From positions 135,078 to 199,077 of the forward strand of contig CAVOHK010000005.1 of the NCBI GenBank assembly GCA_963695635.1: a DNA stretch of 64,000 nucleotides. The letters run 5' to 3'. The translations under genes and the position numbers were made by a program. The DNA comes from an uncultured Acidobacteriota bacterium (GTDB lineage: Bacteria > Acidobacteriota > Vicinamibacteria > Vicinamibacterales > CAVVIG01). The notes beneath the pieces are model-generated. The model was not told the DNA's origin and searched no databases. It saw nothing but the letters and a program-made list of their open reading frames with translations. Below, in pieces: positions 50,201 to 60,016 of this stretch (its first letter is position 1; each line of letters starts with the position of its first letter).

Positions 50201-50437
50201 CGCGTAGCTGGCAATCCGTTCGAGGTGCGACTCGACTTCCGGATAAAAGTAAATTTCGAAGTGGTCGGTCGGGTAGATCTTCCACTGGAAAGTGTCGTAG
50301 TGAATGTTGTTCTTGCCGAAGTAGGGCACGAACGGGGTTTGCGCGGTCGCACGCTCCGTGGCGCCGACGATGGCCGCCGCGACGAGCAAGGCCACGACTG
50401 GCGGCCGTAAAAAGGGCAGCAGGACGCGCGGGCGCAT
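47264..50437 (-). CDS. Peptidase MA-like plus TolB/PD40 propeller plus Omp85/BamA-type barrel protein
   Basis: HELTHQF...WVNEGLSDY; SPSGD/SPKGD/SPDGR/SPDGK repeats; LRGYD, NAELRFPL, C-terminal IGYDF. Confidence 0.85.
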   Translation of the reverse strand: MRPRVLLPFLRPPVVALLVAAAIVGATERATAQTPFVPYFGKNNIHYDTFQWKIYPTDHFEIYFYPEVESHLERIASYAESAYQQVSADLKHDLSFKVQLIIFKTHSEFEEQNIEPGAGQEGVGAFAEPFRQRIVAPIDDPPDRLYGLIVHELTHQFEFDIIPQSLIRRSVPLWVNEGLSDYERGQWTPIDLMAVRDAAIADIIPKMSQLEGYGTAGPSRLIYNLGHAVFEFIEAKYGKEGIRQFMFALRKSVIGGGEDAYEEALKMTKDEFDEAFERYLKERFKPFRDKERPADYGRDLSPNKEKTNFAQALSIAPSPSGDLIAVVTANRKDQELDIILVSSKDGSVVRNLTRGFDKDMGFDHLVQLGVDTMANPWMGWSPKGDRLAYFVRTEKERTLVIQNVLTRKVEMKIPLKSVDEPESPAFSPDGRFVAFDALRGAVGDIFTVDLESLAVMNVTNDPFGDRAPSYSPDGKFIVYTARVSGNDKLFKVDLESKQKTQITFGTQDETGAQFIDEHTIVFASTATDPAVPLEPDVARNGNIFNIWTLDLNSGELRQYTDAVGGNWSPVVLNEGKQNRIAFVSYFKNEYTIRTLDRKEPLHTASSSDFGAPGPVIDFVPPLQHALVASNVRKKGAFEKMFLEGRPPINVGVTSNGDIFGGSQVSFGDVLGDKQVNIYAASISQYRTLALSYVNLSRRFQYALQGYSQTTFFYGQLGGVFYDPTYAPFIDRDLALATRTVRGGSALGIYPLDRYRRLQVSGGLVQLREEYNDPGIEELAQQYQTQQYGQRVFRDGTMVPLGVEFIQETTVFREFGPLAGSTMRLAYDVSPKIGSLLSRQTIDLEARHYLRLGGSGLLATRIRGFKSMGDYPDFLYFGGNGDLRGYDYLQFAGQNTVYANAELRFPLIEAALTPIGVIGGIRGVFFAGIGGAWFNNQQSSDGCTGGTSYQFATNNTEICRVVTGYEVNPGTGLIGTNPDGSLRLTYGPPQAISGFRLKDGRASYGLGLETFALGFPIHFDWSWRTLFNKDWEDVVFATAGGSHEFRKPRFAVWIGYDF

Positions 50438-50712
50438 AGGCAATCCCTCAGGGTGTGGAGGCAAACGGGAACCGGCTCGATCTTACTGTTGACGCTGAGG
50501 CGCCTGCAAACGGCATGCTCGGCATTTCATGCCGATTTTGCGGGGTTTGTCCTCTACCGATCACCCGCGCCGACTCCGGAAGGATACAAACGCTATACTG
50601 CCCTCTACGCCTGTCGCTGAGCCGATCGACACGCTTCGGAGGGCCCTCTTCGCCGCCGCCGGCCTGCCAGCCGAAGCTCGGGCGCATCCGCAAGCGAAGG
50701 CTGGAATAACCA

Positions 50713-51267
50713 ATGGCCCGTGAGGGTTTACCACCTGTGTCGCCAGCGTTCGAAACCGAAGCGCTGGCATCGCTCGACAGCTTATATCGCACGGCGCTCC
50801 GGCTGACGCGCGCGCCCGCGGATGCCGAGGATCTGGTCCAGGAGACCTATCTCAAGGCGTTTCGCGCCGCCGACAGCTTTACGCCGGGCACAAACCTGAG
50901 GGCCTGGTTGTTCACGATTCTCCATAACACCGCACGGAACCGGGCGCGCGACCGTGCCCGCGATACCGTAGCGGTCGATAGCGAAGTGGTCGAGCGCGCC
51001 GCCGAAGTGCCGGCGCGCGGCGGGCCCGCCGAGACCCCGGAAACCCTGTTGCTCCGCGACACACTCGCCCCCGAACTGCAAGCCGCGGTTGACGCGCTGC
51101 CCGACGCCTTCCGCCAGGCGGTCTGGTTACGCGACGTGGAAGAATTTTCGTACGCGGAAATCGCCAACATGCTCTCGATCCCGGTCGGCACGGTGATGTC
51201 GCGGATTTCGCGCGGCCGCCGCATGCTATTCGAGCGCCTCAATCATCTACGCCCAGTCAATGCTTAA
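50713..51267 (+). CDS. ECF sigma factor
   Basis: [39 protein letters not shown]. Confidence 0.93.
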   Translation: MAREGLPPVSPAFETEALASLDSLYRTALRLTRAPADAEDLVQETYLKAFRAADSFTPGTNLRAWLFTILHNTARNRARDRARDTVAVDSEVVERAAEVPARGGPAETPETLLLRDTLAPELQAAVDALPDAFRQAVWLRDVEEFSYAEIANMLSIPVGTVMSRISRGRRMLFERLNHLRPVNA

Positions 51268-52093
51268 TTGTGAAACCATCGATCCGCTCGTCACGCCATA
51301 CGTAGACGGCCAACTGGCGGCCGGCGACCGCGTCGCGGTTGACGAACACTTGCGCGCGTGTCCGCCCTGCCACTCGCGTGTCGCTGCCGAACGCGCCGTT
51401 CACGAACTGATCGCGGCACGCAAAGTCGCGCTCACCGCGCGGTGCGCGCCAGAATCGCTCCATCGGCGCTGCGCCACGGTGGGCCGCGGCGTCAACGCCG
51501 CAAGCGGCGCGAGCGACAGTCGACCGATCCCGCAGCACGGTTTCGGACGCGGCGCCGCATCGGCCAGCCCGCAGCTGCGTCCGCCGATCCCGGTACGGTC
51601 GAGGCTGGCGCCGTTCGCGGCGGCGGCTTCGCTGGTGCTGATCGTCGGCAGCGCTTTCGTCTATCAGCTGACTCAGTCGTCGAGTCGTGTGATGGCCGCG
51701 GAACTCACCGCCGATCACGTAAAGTGTTTCGCGTTGAATGGCGCTCTGCATACGCACGATGACGCGCCGACGGTCGAGAGTTCGATGCTGTCGGGCTTCG
51801 GCTGGCAGATGCATCTGCCGGCGCAAGCGGCGCAAGTCGGCCTCGAACTGGTCGGCTCGCGTCCATGCCTGTATGGTGAAGGCAAGATCGCACACATCAT
51901 GTATCGCCACAACGGCGAGCCGGTGTCGCTGTTCATGCTGCCGCGCACCGCGCGGGCGGAGGAATTCGTGCAGGTGATGGGCCATCACGCCGCCATCTGG
52001 TGTGCTAACAATCGCACGTTTGTGTTGCTGGCCCACGAGCCGAAAGCCGAAGTGGAGCGGATTGCCGCCGTCGTCCAGGCGTCGCTGCGGTAG
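51260..52093 (+). CDS. Anti-sigma factor with zf-HC2 domain and one TM helix
   Basis: C...[22 protein letters not shown]; overlaps the sigma stop. Confidence 0.85.
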   Translation: MLNCETIDPLVTPYVDGQLAAGDRVAVDEHLRACPPCHSRVAAERAVHELIAARKVALTARCAPESLHRRCATVGRGVNAASGASDSRPIPQHGFGRGAASASPQLRPPIPVRSRLAPFAAAASLVLIVGSAFVYQLTQSSSRVMAAELTADHVKCFALNGALHTHDDAPTVESSMLSGFGWQMHLPAQAAQVGLELVGSRPCLYGEGKIAHIMYRHNGEPVSLFMLPRTARAEEFVQVMGHHAAIWCANNRTFVLLAHEPKAEVERIAAVVQASLR

Positions 52094-52096
52094 CAT

Positions 52097-52172
52097 GGGG
52101 ATGGTGATACCGATGGTGATTGGGGATTAGGGATTAGGGATTGGGATGGGGATTGGGGATTGGGGATTGGGG
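52097..52172. repeat. 7-bp tandem repeat (RGGGATT)n
   Basis: GGTGATT GGGGATT AGGGATT AGGGATT GGGAT GGGGATT GGGGATT GGGGATT. Confidence 0.85.
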
Positions 52173-52732
52173 TGCGTAGTCGAGAAGTGATTCGTTGGGG
52201 AGTTGCGGCGGTCAGTGCACTGGCGCTCGCGCTGCTGACGCTGCCGGTCGATCTCGATTTTTCGCATGCGTCCGCATCAACCATCGCCACCCAGGCCTGT
52301 CCGGCCGATGCCAAGCCGGCGAATCTGAATTTCACGCTGAAGGATCTGAACAACGCCGACGTCAAGCTGACGGCGTTCAAGGGCAAAGTGATTCTGCTCG
52401 ACTTCTGGGCCACCTGGTGCGGGCCGTGCAAAGTCGAAATCCCCTGGTTCATTGAATTCCAGAACAAGTACGGCCAGAACGGTTTGCAGGTGGTTGGCGT
52501 GTCGGTGGACGACACGCTGCCGAAGCTGAAGCCGTATGTCGCGCAGATGAAAATGAATTACCCGGTGTTACAAGGCCTTGATCACGAAGAGATTCAGGAC
52601 GCGTACGGGCCGCTACTCGGCATTCCCGTGACCGTGCTGATCTCGCGCGACGCCAAGATTTGCCTGAAGCACGCCGGGCTGCATTCGAAGGACGCGTTCG
52701 ACAATCAGATCAAAGCGCTGCTGGGACTGTGA
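52172..52732 (+). CDS. TlpA/ResA-like thiol-disulfide oxidoreductase
   Basis: LLDFWATWCGPCKVEIP, GIPVT; N-terminal membrane anchor. Confidence 0.9.
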   Translation: MRSREVIRWGVAAVSALALALLTLPVDLDFSHASASTIATQACPADAKPANLNFTLKDLNNADVKLTAFKGKVILLDFWATWCGPCKVEIPWFIEFQNKYGQNGLQVVGVSVDDTLPKLKPYVAQMKMNYPVLQGLDHEEIQDAYGPLLGIPVTVLISRDAKICLKHAGLHSKDAFDNQIKALLGL

Positions 52733-52780
52733 TTCAGCATTTTACTCTTGGCATTTGGCGTTTTGCATTATGATCAAGCT

Positions 52781-53002
52781 ATGAAGGGGTTCACGCACGC
52801 GCGGCTTGCCTGCGGCTGCCGTATCACCTTCCGTGAAGGCGTCGAGGGTAGTCCGGTCACCGTCGTCGTCGACCAGAAGTCACCCGCCTGCACGCTGACG
52901 TTACACGTTCGCGACCTGCCGCTCTACGATTATCGTGAGGCGCTGCGTCCCTCGACACGCCTCGGTCCGCCCGAAGAAGAAGAGTTCGAAGAAGAAAACT
53001 AG
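52781..53002 (+). CDS. Small hypothetical protein (LACGC...CxxxxH, acidic tail)
   Basis: 73-aa ORF filling the gap; TATGAT 6 nt before ATG. Confidence 0.7.
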   Translation: MKGFTHARLACGCRITFREGVEGSPVTVVVDQKSPACTLTLHVRDLPLYDYREALRPSTRLGPPEEEEFEEEN

Positions 53003-53095
53003 GGCGCGGCCCGCTGCACGATTTGCCTCACACGGTACAATAAGGATTCCTTTACGACTCGTTCGGGAGGCTACTGCTCTCGGAACGAACACGTG

Positions 53096-54371
53096 ATGTC
53101 TATCAGCTCGGAGACGGATCTTTCGCGCCTGCGAATCGACCGCGATGCGCCGCCGCGGCGGCGGTGGCTGCCGTGGGTGCTGCTGTTGGCGGTTGCGGCC
53201 GCAGGCGCTGCGGCGTATCCATCAGCCCGCGCCTACGTCACCGAACGCCGTGCCCCGGAAGTGGAGGTCACCCGTGCGACACAGGTAGTGACGTCTTCCG
53301 GCGGCTCGACTGCGCTGCCCGTGATGGTCGCGTCCGGGTACGTCGTGGCGCGCCACAGCAGCGACGTCGGTGTGAAAGTCGGCGGCCGAATTGCGGCGCT
53401 GAAATTCGAAGAAGGTACACGGGTCAAAAAGGGCGCGGTGATCGCTGAGATCGAGCATGCGGACATCGACGCGCAGCTCGAGGCGGCGCGCCGTGCCGTG
53501 AGCGAAGCCGAGGCAGCAGTGGCGCAGAATTCCGCTGCACGCGACGAAGATGCGCGCAACGTCGAACGCCAGCGCCAGCTTGCCAAAGACGGGATTACGA
53601 CCAACGCCAGTTTGACCGGCGCTGAAGCGGCCGCCGCCGTCTCGACTGCGCGCGTGAAGCTGGCCGAAGCGGTGATCGCGTCGGCGCGGGCGCGCGTCCG
53701 GATGGCTGAAGAAGCGCTCGAGAATACCAACGTCCGCGCCCCGTTTAACGGGGTAGTGATCAAGAAGCGCGCAGAGGTCGGTGAAACGGTCTCGCCGTTC
53801 GGCGTCGCCGGCCAGGCGTCGCGCGAAGGCGGCGCCATCGCCACGATTGCCGATCTCGCCGAGCTCGAAGTGCAAACCGAAGTCAGCGAGAACAACGTCG
53901 CCAAACTAAAACCGTCGATGCCGGCCGAAGTGAAGCTGCGCGCCTACGATGAGCGACCGTACAAAGGTCGGCTGCGGCAAATCTTCCCCTCCGCCGATCG
54001 CGCCAAAGCGATCGTCGAAGTGCGCGTGACGATCCTCGACGCCGACGCAACTGGTCAAACCCGAAATGACCGCGAGCGTGACGTTCCAGGAACCGAAGGT
54101 CGCCGACCCGGCGACCGGCGGCCACGCCGCGACTGGATCACCGGTGACGCTGGTGCTGAGGCGCGCGATTCAGGATCAGAACGGCCAGCCGGGCGTGTGG
54201 GTGGTCAACGGCACGACCGTGGCGCGGCGCGCCGTCACGCTCGGCGCCGAGCGAATCGATCAAGTCGAAGTGAAGAGCGGCTTGCTGCCAGGCGACACCG
54301 TGGTCCTGAACCCGCCAGCCGGACTGACCGATCACGGCGTGGTTCGTGTCAAGACCGCCGGGGGAAAGTGA
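53096..54371 (+). CDS. Periplasmic adaptor (HlyD/MacA-like); indel near 54050
   Basis: N-terminal TM, ASGYVVA, coiled coil, VRAPFNGVV; C-terminus SGLLPGDTVV in a second frame. Confidence 0.88.
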
Positions 54372-54374
54372 TTC

Positions 54375-55066
54375 ATGGCCCTCATCGAATTGCGGGACGT
54401 CACCAAGGCCTACAAGCGCGACGCGGTCGATATCCCGGTGCTCGACCATCTCTCGATCACGGTCGCAGAGGGCGAGTATCTCGGATTGATGGGGCCGTCC
54501 GGGTCCGGCAAATCGACCCTGCTCAACCTCCTGGCCGGCATCGATCAGCCGTCCCGTGGCACCATCCGGATCGGCGACACCGAAATCAGCCGCCTGTCGG
54601 AAGGCGCACTCGCGACCTGGCGAGCGAGGCATATCGGCTTCATCTTTCAGCTCTACAACCTGATTCCGGTGCTCACCGCCTTCGAAAACGTCGAACTGCC
54701 GCTGCTGCTGACCAACCTGTCGAAGAAACAGCGCCGCGACCACGTGATGACCGCGCTCGGCATCGTCGCCTTGAGCGATCGCGAGAAACACTATCCGCGC
54801 CAGTTGTCCGGCGGCCAGGAGCAGCGCGTGGCGATCGCTCGGGCGATCGTCACCGATCCGACCTTGCTGCTTGCCGACGAGCCGACCGGCGACCTCGATG
54901 CCAAGTCGGCTCAGGAAGTGCTGACGCTGCTGCAGCGGCTCAATCAGGAATACAAGAAAACGATCGTGATGGTGACGCACGACCCGCACGCCGCCGAGCG
55001 GGCGAGCCGGGTATCCACCTCGAGAAGGGGACGCTGGTCGAGGACACCGCGAAAGTGGGCGGGTAA
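54375..55066 (+). CDS. ABC transporter ATP-binding protein (LolD/MacB type); indel near 55010
   Basis: [38 protein letters not shown] tail in another frame ending 55066. Confidence 0.9.
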
Positions 55067-55085
55067 GGCGGGAAAGGCGCGAACG

Positions 55086-56237
55086 ATGAAATACGTCGGG
55101 CTGATTTTGAAAAGCGCGCGGCGCAGCAAGCGGCGCACGGCGCTCACCGTGATGAGCGTCGCGATTGCGGTGTTCCTGTTCGCGTCGCTGCGTGCGGTCC
55201 TCGACGGATTCACCGCCGGCGCCGAGGCGAGTTCGTCGACGCGGATTATCACCATCCGCTCGACGTCGCTGACCTTTCAAATGCCGATCAGCCACGCCGA
55301 TGCGATCCGCTCGACGGCGGGCGTGCAGGATGTGACGTGGGCCAACTGGTTTGGCGGGATTTACAAGGATCCGAACAATTTCTTCGCAAACCTTGCGATC
55401 GAGCCCGAAAGCTATCTTCGGATGTACCCGGAGATCCTCCTGACGCCCGAAGAGCGCAAGGCCTTTCTCGACGATCGGACGGGGTGCATCGTCGGCGATG
55501 GGCTGGCGAAACGTTACGGCTTCAATGTCGGCGACAAGATCACCCTCCAGGTCGGTATTCCGGTTTACGGCGATCGCGACTACGACTTCACCGTCAAGGC
55601 GATCTACCGCACATCGGGCGCCGCCGTCGACAACCAGTCGATGCTGTTCCACTGGAAATACGTCGACGAGCGGTCGATCAAGAAGGGGCAGATCGGCTGG
55701 TTCGTGATTCAAATCGCGAACCCCGATCAGGCGACGCAGGTTGCGATGGCCATCGACCGCCAGTTCGCCAATTCGCCCAACGAGACCAAGACCGACACCG
55801 AGCGGCAGTTTCAGAGCTCGTTCGTGTCGATGTTCGGCAACCTGAACCTGCTGCTCGGCAGCATTGCCCTGGCCGTCGTGATTACGACCCTCTTCGTCGC
55901 GGGCAACACGATGGCGATGTCGGTTCGCGAGCGGACGACCGAAATCGCGGTCATGCGGACGCTGGGGTTCCCGTCTACGACGATCTTTCTGTTGATCGCG
56001 GGGGAAGGCCTGCTGATGGCGGTGGTCGGCGGCATCCTCGGCACCGGTCTGGCGCGTGCCGTCGTGAATCCCGATTTCCTGTCGGCGGGTGCGTTCCTGC
56101 CGGTGTTCGGCGTCAGCACCGGCAACATGATCACGGCGCTCGGCCTCAGCGCGTTGATCGGGGCGATCGCGGGGTCGATTCCGGCAACGATGGCGGCGCG
56201 GTTGAAGATCGTGGATGCGCTGCGACGGGTGGCATGA
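55086..56237 (+). CDS. MacB/FtsX-type ABC permease
   Basis: [37 protein letters not shown]. Confidence 0.9.
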   Translation: MKYVGLILKSARRSKRRTALTVMSVAIAVFLFASLRAVLDGFTAGAEASSSTRIITIRSTSLTFQMPISHADAIRSTAGVQDVTWANWFGGIYKDPNNFFANLAIEPESYLRMYPEILLTPEERKAFLDDRTGCIVGDGLAKRYGFNVGDKITLQVGIPVYGDRDYDFTVKAIYRTSGAAVDNQSMLFHWKYVDERSIKKGQIGWFVIQIANPDQATQVAMAIDRQFANSPNETKTDTERQFQSSFVSMFGNLNLLLGSIALAVVITTLFVAGNTMAMSVRERTTEIAVMRTLGFPSTTIFLLIAGEGLLMAVVGGILGTGLARAVVNPDFLSAGAFLPVFGVSTGNMITALGLSALIGAIAGSIPATMAARLKIVDALRRVA

Positions 56238-56247
56238 CACCAAAGCG

Positions 56248-56313
56248 GAACGCCGAGTGCGCCGAGCACGCAGAGCAATAGTGCTCTCGGCGATCTCGGC
56301 GGGCTCTGCGTTC
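56248..56313. repeat. REP-like 3x9-mer inverted element, copy 4
   Basis: AACGCCGAG TGCGCCGAG CACGCAGAG -10nt- CTCGGCGAT CTCGGCGGG CTCTGCGTT. Confidence 0.9.
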
Positions 56314-56321
56314 GATTTTTT

Positions 56322-57487
56322 ATGGGATTAATCGGTTCGTAAATCTGCGTTCGATGATCGTCCGCAAAGGGACGGCGGCGATGACGGCCGGTGGCATCGC
56401 GATGGTCGTTGCGGTGTTCGTGATGACGCTGGCAATCGCGCAAGGCTTCCAGAAAACGCTGATCGCCAGCGGCGCACCCGATAACGTGATCGTACTGCGC
56501 AAGGGCGCGACGGCGGAAACGGTCAGTGCGGTATTCCGCCCCGACATCGCTCTGATCGAAGCGCTCCCTCAGATTGCGCGGGGGTCGGACGGTCGGCCGC
56601 TGATCTCGCCCGAACTGGTGGCGATCATTGCGTTGCCGCGGCAGACCGACGACCAGCCGGCGAACGTGCCGGTGCGCGGCGTCGGGCCACGCGCGTTCCA
56701 GGTGCGTGAGTCGCTGAAGTTCGTCGAAGGGCGCCCCTTCACGCCCGGCACGCGCGAGATCAACGTCGGCAAACTCGCGGTCGGACGGTTCAAGGGACTC
56801 GCGCTCGGCAGCGACGTGCGGTTCGCCGCCGTCACCTGGAAGGTCGTCGGCGTCTTCACCGCCAACGACGCCTCGTTCGAATCCGAAGTGTGGGGCGACG
56901 TCGAGCAGATGATGCCGGCCTTCCAGAACAACGAGTACCAGTCCGTTACCGTGAAACTTGCCGATCGTTCGATGTTCGACTCGTTCAAAGCCACCGTCGA
57001 AGCCGATCCGCGGCTGCGCCTGGTGCCTCGGCGCGAGCAGGATTACTACGCCGACCAGTCGCGCCCGATGACCACGGTGATTCGCGTGTTCGGAACGTTC
57101 GTCACCGTCATCCTCTCGATTGGTGCGATGTTCGGCGCGATGAATACGATGTACGCCGCAGTCGCTTACCGGACGCGCGAAATCGGTACGCTCAGGGCGC
57201 TCGGTTTCTCGCGGTTTCGCATCGTGACGGCGTTTCTCGCAGAATCGATCGCATTGGCGGCGATCGGTGGCATCATAGGATGCGCGCTGGCACTGCCGGT
57301 TCACGGCCTGTCGACCGGCACCACCAATTTTTCGAGTTTCAGTGAAGTTGCCTTCAAATTCCGAATCACACCGCTGCTGATGGCTGGCGGTCTGTTTTTC
57401 GCCGCGCTGATGGGAACGCTTGGCGGGCTTCTCCCGGCACTGCGCGCGGCCCGTATTCCTGTCGCCCGCGCTCTCAGAGAAATCTAA
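56322..57487 (+). CDS. Second MacB/FtsX-type ABC permease; 1-nt deletion near 56341
   Basis: Restoring one base gives MGLIGS(Y)NLRSMIVRK; ESEVWGD, NTMYAAVAYRTREIGTLRALGF. Confidence 0.88.
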
Positions 57488-57489
57488 TC

Positions 57490-58401
57490 GTGCTACCAAA
57501 CCTTGTCCAAGTTTCGATTTTCTGGATCGTCCAGGTCAGTGCCCTGCTGATTTTTGCCGTTCCATTCCGCTGGGCCTTCGTCGCATTGTGGGCCGCGTCG
57601 CATTTTCTGCGCGCCATCGGCCTGACGCTGGCGTTTCATCGCTACTTCGCGCATCGTGCGTTCAAGATGAATCGCGTGGCGCGCTTTGTCTGGGCCTTCA
57701 TCGGCACCGCCGCGATGCAGAAAGGTCCGCTGTGGTGGGCCGGGCACCACGTGAACCATCACAAGTACGCCGATCGCGACGGCGATCCGCACAGCCCGAT
57801 GGTCAGCGGCGTCTACTACGCGCACATCGGCTGGTTCCTGCACGACACGAAGTACGACAAAATCGAGTTCACTAATCCGGTCCTGCGCGACTTTGGCCCG
57901 GTGCCGGAGATTGCCTGGCTCGAGAAATATTTCTTCGTGCCGCCGCTGTCGCTGGCGGTCGTTCTCTATCTGGCCGGCGGTTTTCCGTTCCTGGTGTGGG
58001 GCTTCTGTCTGCCGACGATGACGCTCGCGCACGCGACGTTTGCGATCAACACGGTGAATCATCTTTGGGGTTCGCGGCGTTTCGAAACCGTCGACGAATC
58101 GCGCAACAATCCTCTGACTGCCTTATTCGCGGTCGGCGAGGGCTGGCATAACAATCACCACCGCTACCAGCGCGCTGCCCGTAATGGCTTCTACTGGTGG
58201 GAATTCGACATCACCTGGTATGTCATCCGCGCGATGGCCGCGCTGGGCATCGCCTGGGACCTGCAAGCAGTGCCCGATCGGATCTACGCCGAGGCGCGAG
58301 CGGTGAAAGCCAAGCGGGCCGCCCAGTCGGTGCCGAGCATTATCGACGCCATCGACCACGCCTCCCCGATCACCTTGGAGCTCGCCGAAGAACCCGAGTA
58401 G
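57490..58401 (+). CDS. Acyl-CoA/acyl-lipid delta-9-type desaturase
   Basis: HRYFAH, HVNHH, DPHSP, GEGWHNNHH. Confidence 0.92.
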   Translation: MLPNLVQVSIFWIVQVSALLIFAVPFRWAFVALWAASHFLRAIGLTLAFHRYFAHRAFKMNRVARFVWAFIGTAAMQKGPLWWAGHHVNHHKYADRDGDPHSPMVSGVYYAHIGWFLHDTKYDKIEFTNPVLRDFGPVPEIAWLEKYFFVPPLSLAVVLYLAGGFPFLVWGFCLPTMTLAHATFAINTVNHLWGSRRFETVDESRNNPLTALFAVGEGWHNNHHRYQRAARNGFYWWEFDITWYVIRAMAALGIAWDLQAVPDRIYAEARAVKAKRAAQSVPSIIDAIDHASPITLELAEEPE

Positions 58402-58410
58402 ACTCCTAGC

Positions 58411-58848
58411 ATGCGAGTGCTGAAGGCGACGACTCCGTCGGCGCCCTGCCGGCTATGGCGCGACCGGCCGCCGGCTGTGGCAGCCGCCGTACGGTGTGCG
58501 GTGATGGCGGCAGCACTGGTAGTGGCTGGTTGTTCGGGGCCACCGATCGAGCCGCTCAAGCTCGACGGCAACATGCTGACCGTCGATAACCGCTCGAACG
58601 TCGAGTGGAAGAACGTCGAGATCTGGTTGAATACCTACTATCGAGTGAAAACCGATTCGATCCCGGCGAAGGGACGGTTTCAGGCGCCGCTCGATGCGTT
58701 CGTCGCCGGCTTCGGTCAGCGTTTCGAGTTCCGTCGCATGCAGGTGAAGGATTTGCGTCTGAACGCGACCTCGTCCGACGGCAAGCCGGTCGAAATCAAG
58801 AAGCAGTTCACGGTCGGCGGTCTCGAAGGGCTGAAGCGGACTTCGTAA
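58411..58848 (+). CDS. Hypothetical lipoprotein; start may be downstream
   Basis: Lipobox LVVAGC followed by a beta-rich domain. Confidence 0.65.
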   Translation: MRVLKATTPSAPCRLWRDRPPAVAAAVRCAVMAAALVVAGCSGPPIEPLKLDGNMLTVDNRSNVEWKNVEIWLNTYYRVKTDSIPAKGRFQAPLDAFVAGFGQRFEFRRMQVKDLRLNATSSDGKPVEIKKQFTVGGLEGLKRTS

Positions 58849-58860
58849 CCGGAGGCAGCA

Positions 58861-59163
58861 ATGGCGAAACTGAAATCGGAAATCGAGGTCGCATGTCCCT
58901 GCTGCCAGACGACGCTGGTCATCGATCTGAATCTTGGCCGCATCGTTTCCCACAAAGAACCCGAGCGCGCCGATAAGCCGGAACTGAGCGAGGCGCAGCG
59001 GATCGTCGCCGAGCAGGCGGCGCGGCGCGAAGCGATGTTTCAACAGTCGGTGGAATCGGAAAAGACCCGCGGTGATGCGCTGTCGAAGCGGTTCGAAGAG
59101 GCGCTGCGTCAGGCGCGCGAAGAACCGATTACCAAACCGATGCGCGACTTCGATCTCGATTAA
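58861..59163 (+). CDS. Small hypothetical protein with CPCC motif and coiled-coil tail
   Basis: GGAGG SD; EVACPCCQTTLVID. Confidence 0.8.
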   Translation: MAKLKSEIEVACPCCQTTLVIDLNLGRIVSHKEPERADKPELSEAQRIVAEQAARREAMFQQSVESEKTRGDALSKRFEEALRQAREEPITKPMRDFDLD

Positions 59164-59309
59164 TCATCGTCTGCCGGACGGCGGCGCCACTTGCGGCGCC
59201 ACTCGTTCTCCTGCCACCAGCGCTTGCCGAGATCGATCGCGAACACACCGATCACAAGCACCGTAATAAAAATCAGCGAGAACACGTCGATCGAGGTTAG
59301 TGGTTCCGT
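59160..59309 (-). CDS. Candidate small single-TM protein (49 aa from ACG 59309, or 41 aa from GTG 59285), absent from the ORF track
   Basis: (T)EPLTSIDVFSLIFITVLVIGVFAIDLGKRWWQENEWRRKWRRRPADDD*; fills the gap exactly. Confidence 0.5.
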   Translation of the reverse strand, partial: TEPLTSIDVFSLIFITVLVIGVFAIDLGKRWWQENEWRRKWRRRPADDD

Positions 59310-59318
59310 TGACGATTA

Positions 59319-60016
59319 TCAACCCTCGTAGTCGAATTCCTTCGGCAGCGGCATCCAGCGTTCCATCCCGCGGTAATAGATCGGTTTCCGGCCAAAGCGC
59401 TCGCGATAGCGCCGGTAGCGATCGCGAAGCCGCCGTACCCGTTGGTTGGACGACGCAATGCGGCGATGTGGAAAATCCAGCAGCATCCGCTCGACCTTCC
59501 AGATGTTGCCGTCAGCCAGCCGCCAGTCATATGTCCCCATTTCGCGGGCGACGTCGACGACAGCGTAGCCCTTCACCCGACCGGTGTAGTCGATGTACGC
59601 ATCGAAGTAACTGAGCGCGAGGGCCCGTGGTGTCGCGAATACCGGTTTGCGGCCGTGCAGGCCGGGATCGCGCGAGCGGGCGATCGCGCCCCAACGTCCG
59701 CGCTGCCGGTAGACGTAAATCACGTGGTCCAGCTGATCGATCGATTCGAAACTGAGAACCAACGGCGGAAAGCGGTGTCGTTCGAGGACCACGGCGGCGA
59801 ACAGTGCGGCCTCGAGGCAATGCGCGCAACCGTGCCGCACGACGCCGCGGAAACTGCGCAAGGTTGCGCGGCCGTGTGGTTCCTGGTTGTAGGGAAGCTG
59901 GTTGAGGTACGCCTGGACGGCCGCAGGCGTCCGCAGCCGCGCGATCAGCGCGCGCTCGCGCCTCGTAAACGCCGCTGCCCGCCGAAGCGCTCAACGCGAA
60001 CGGGCTCGCGGGTCAC
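59319..60016 (-). CDS. Hypothetical protein, possible transglutaminase-like Cys/His fold; indel near the 5' end
   Basis: TPAAVQAYLNQLPYN, HCLEAALFAA, DHVIYVY, WGAIARSR, GRKPVF; GTGA overlap with the SCO stop. Confidence 0.65.

Noticed and set aside
47312..50410. Long antisense ORFs (also 5354-6769, 13200-14561, 54138-56243 and others)
   Set aside because: Shadow frames of GC-rich genes with no recognisable motifs
52097..52172. Telomere-like or dedicated G-quadruplex element
   Set aside because: Internal, short and degenerate; it fits the window's general 7-mer repeat class, although G4 formation is not excluded
53093..56237. HlyD-ATPase and ATPase-permease fusions shown in the ORF track
   Set aside because: Produced by indels near 54050 and 55010; the natural C-termini are present in other frames
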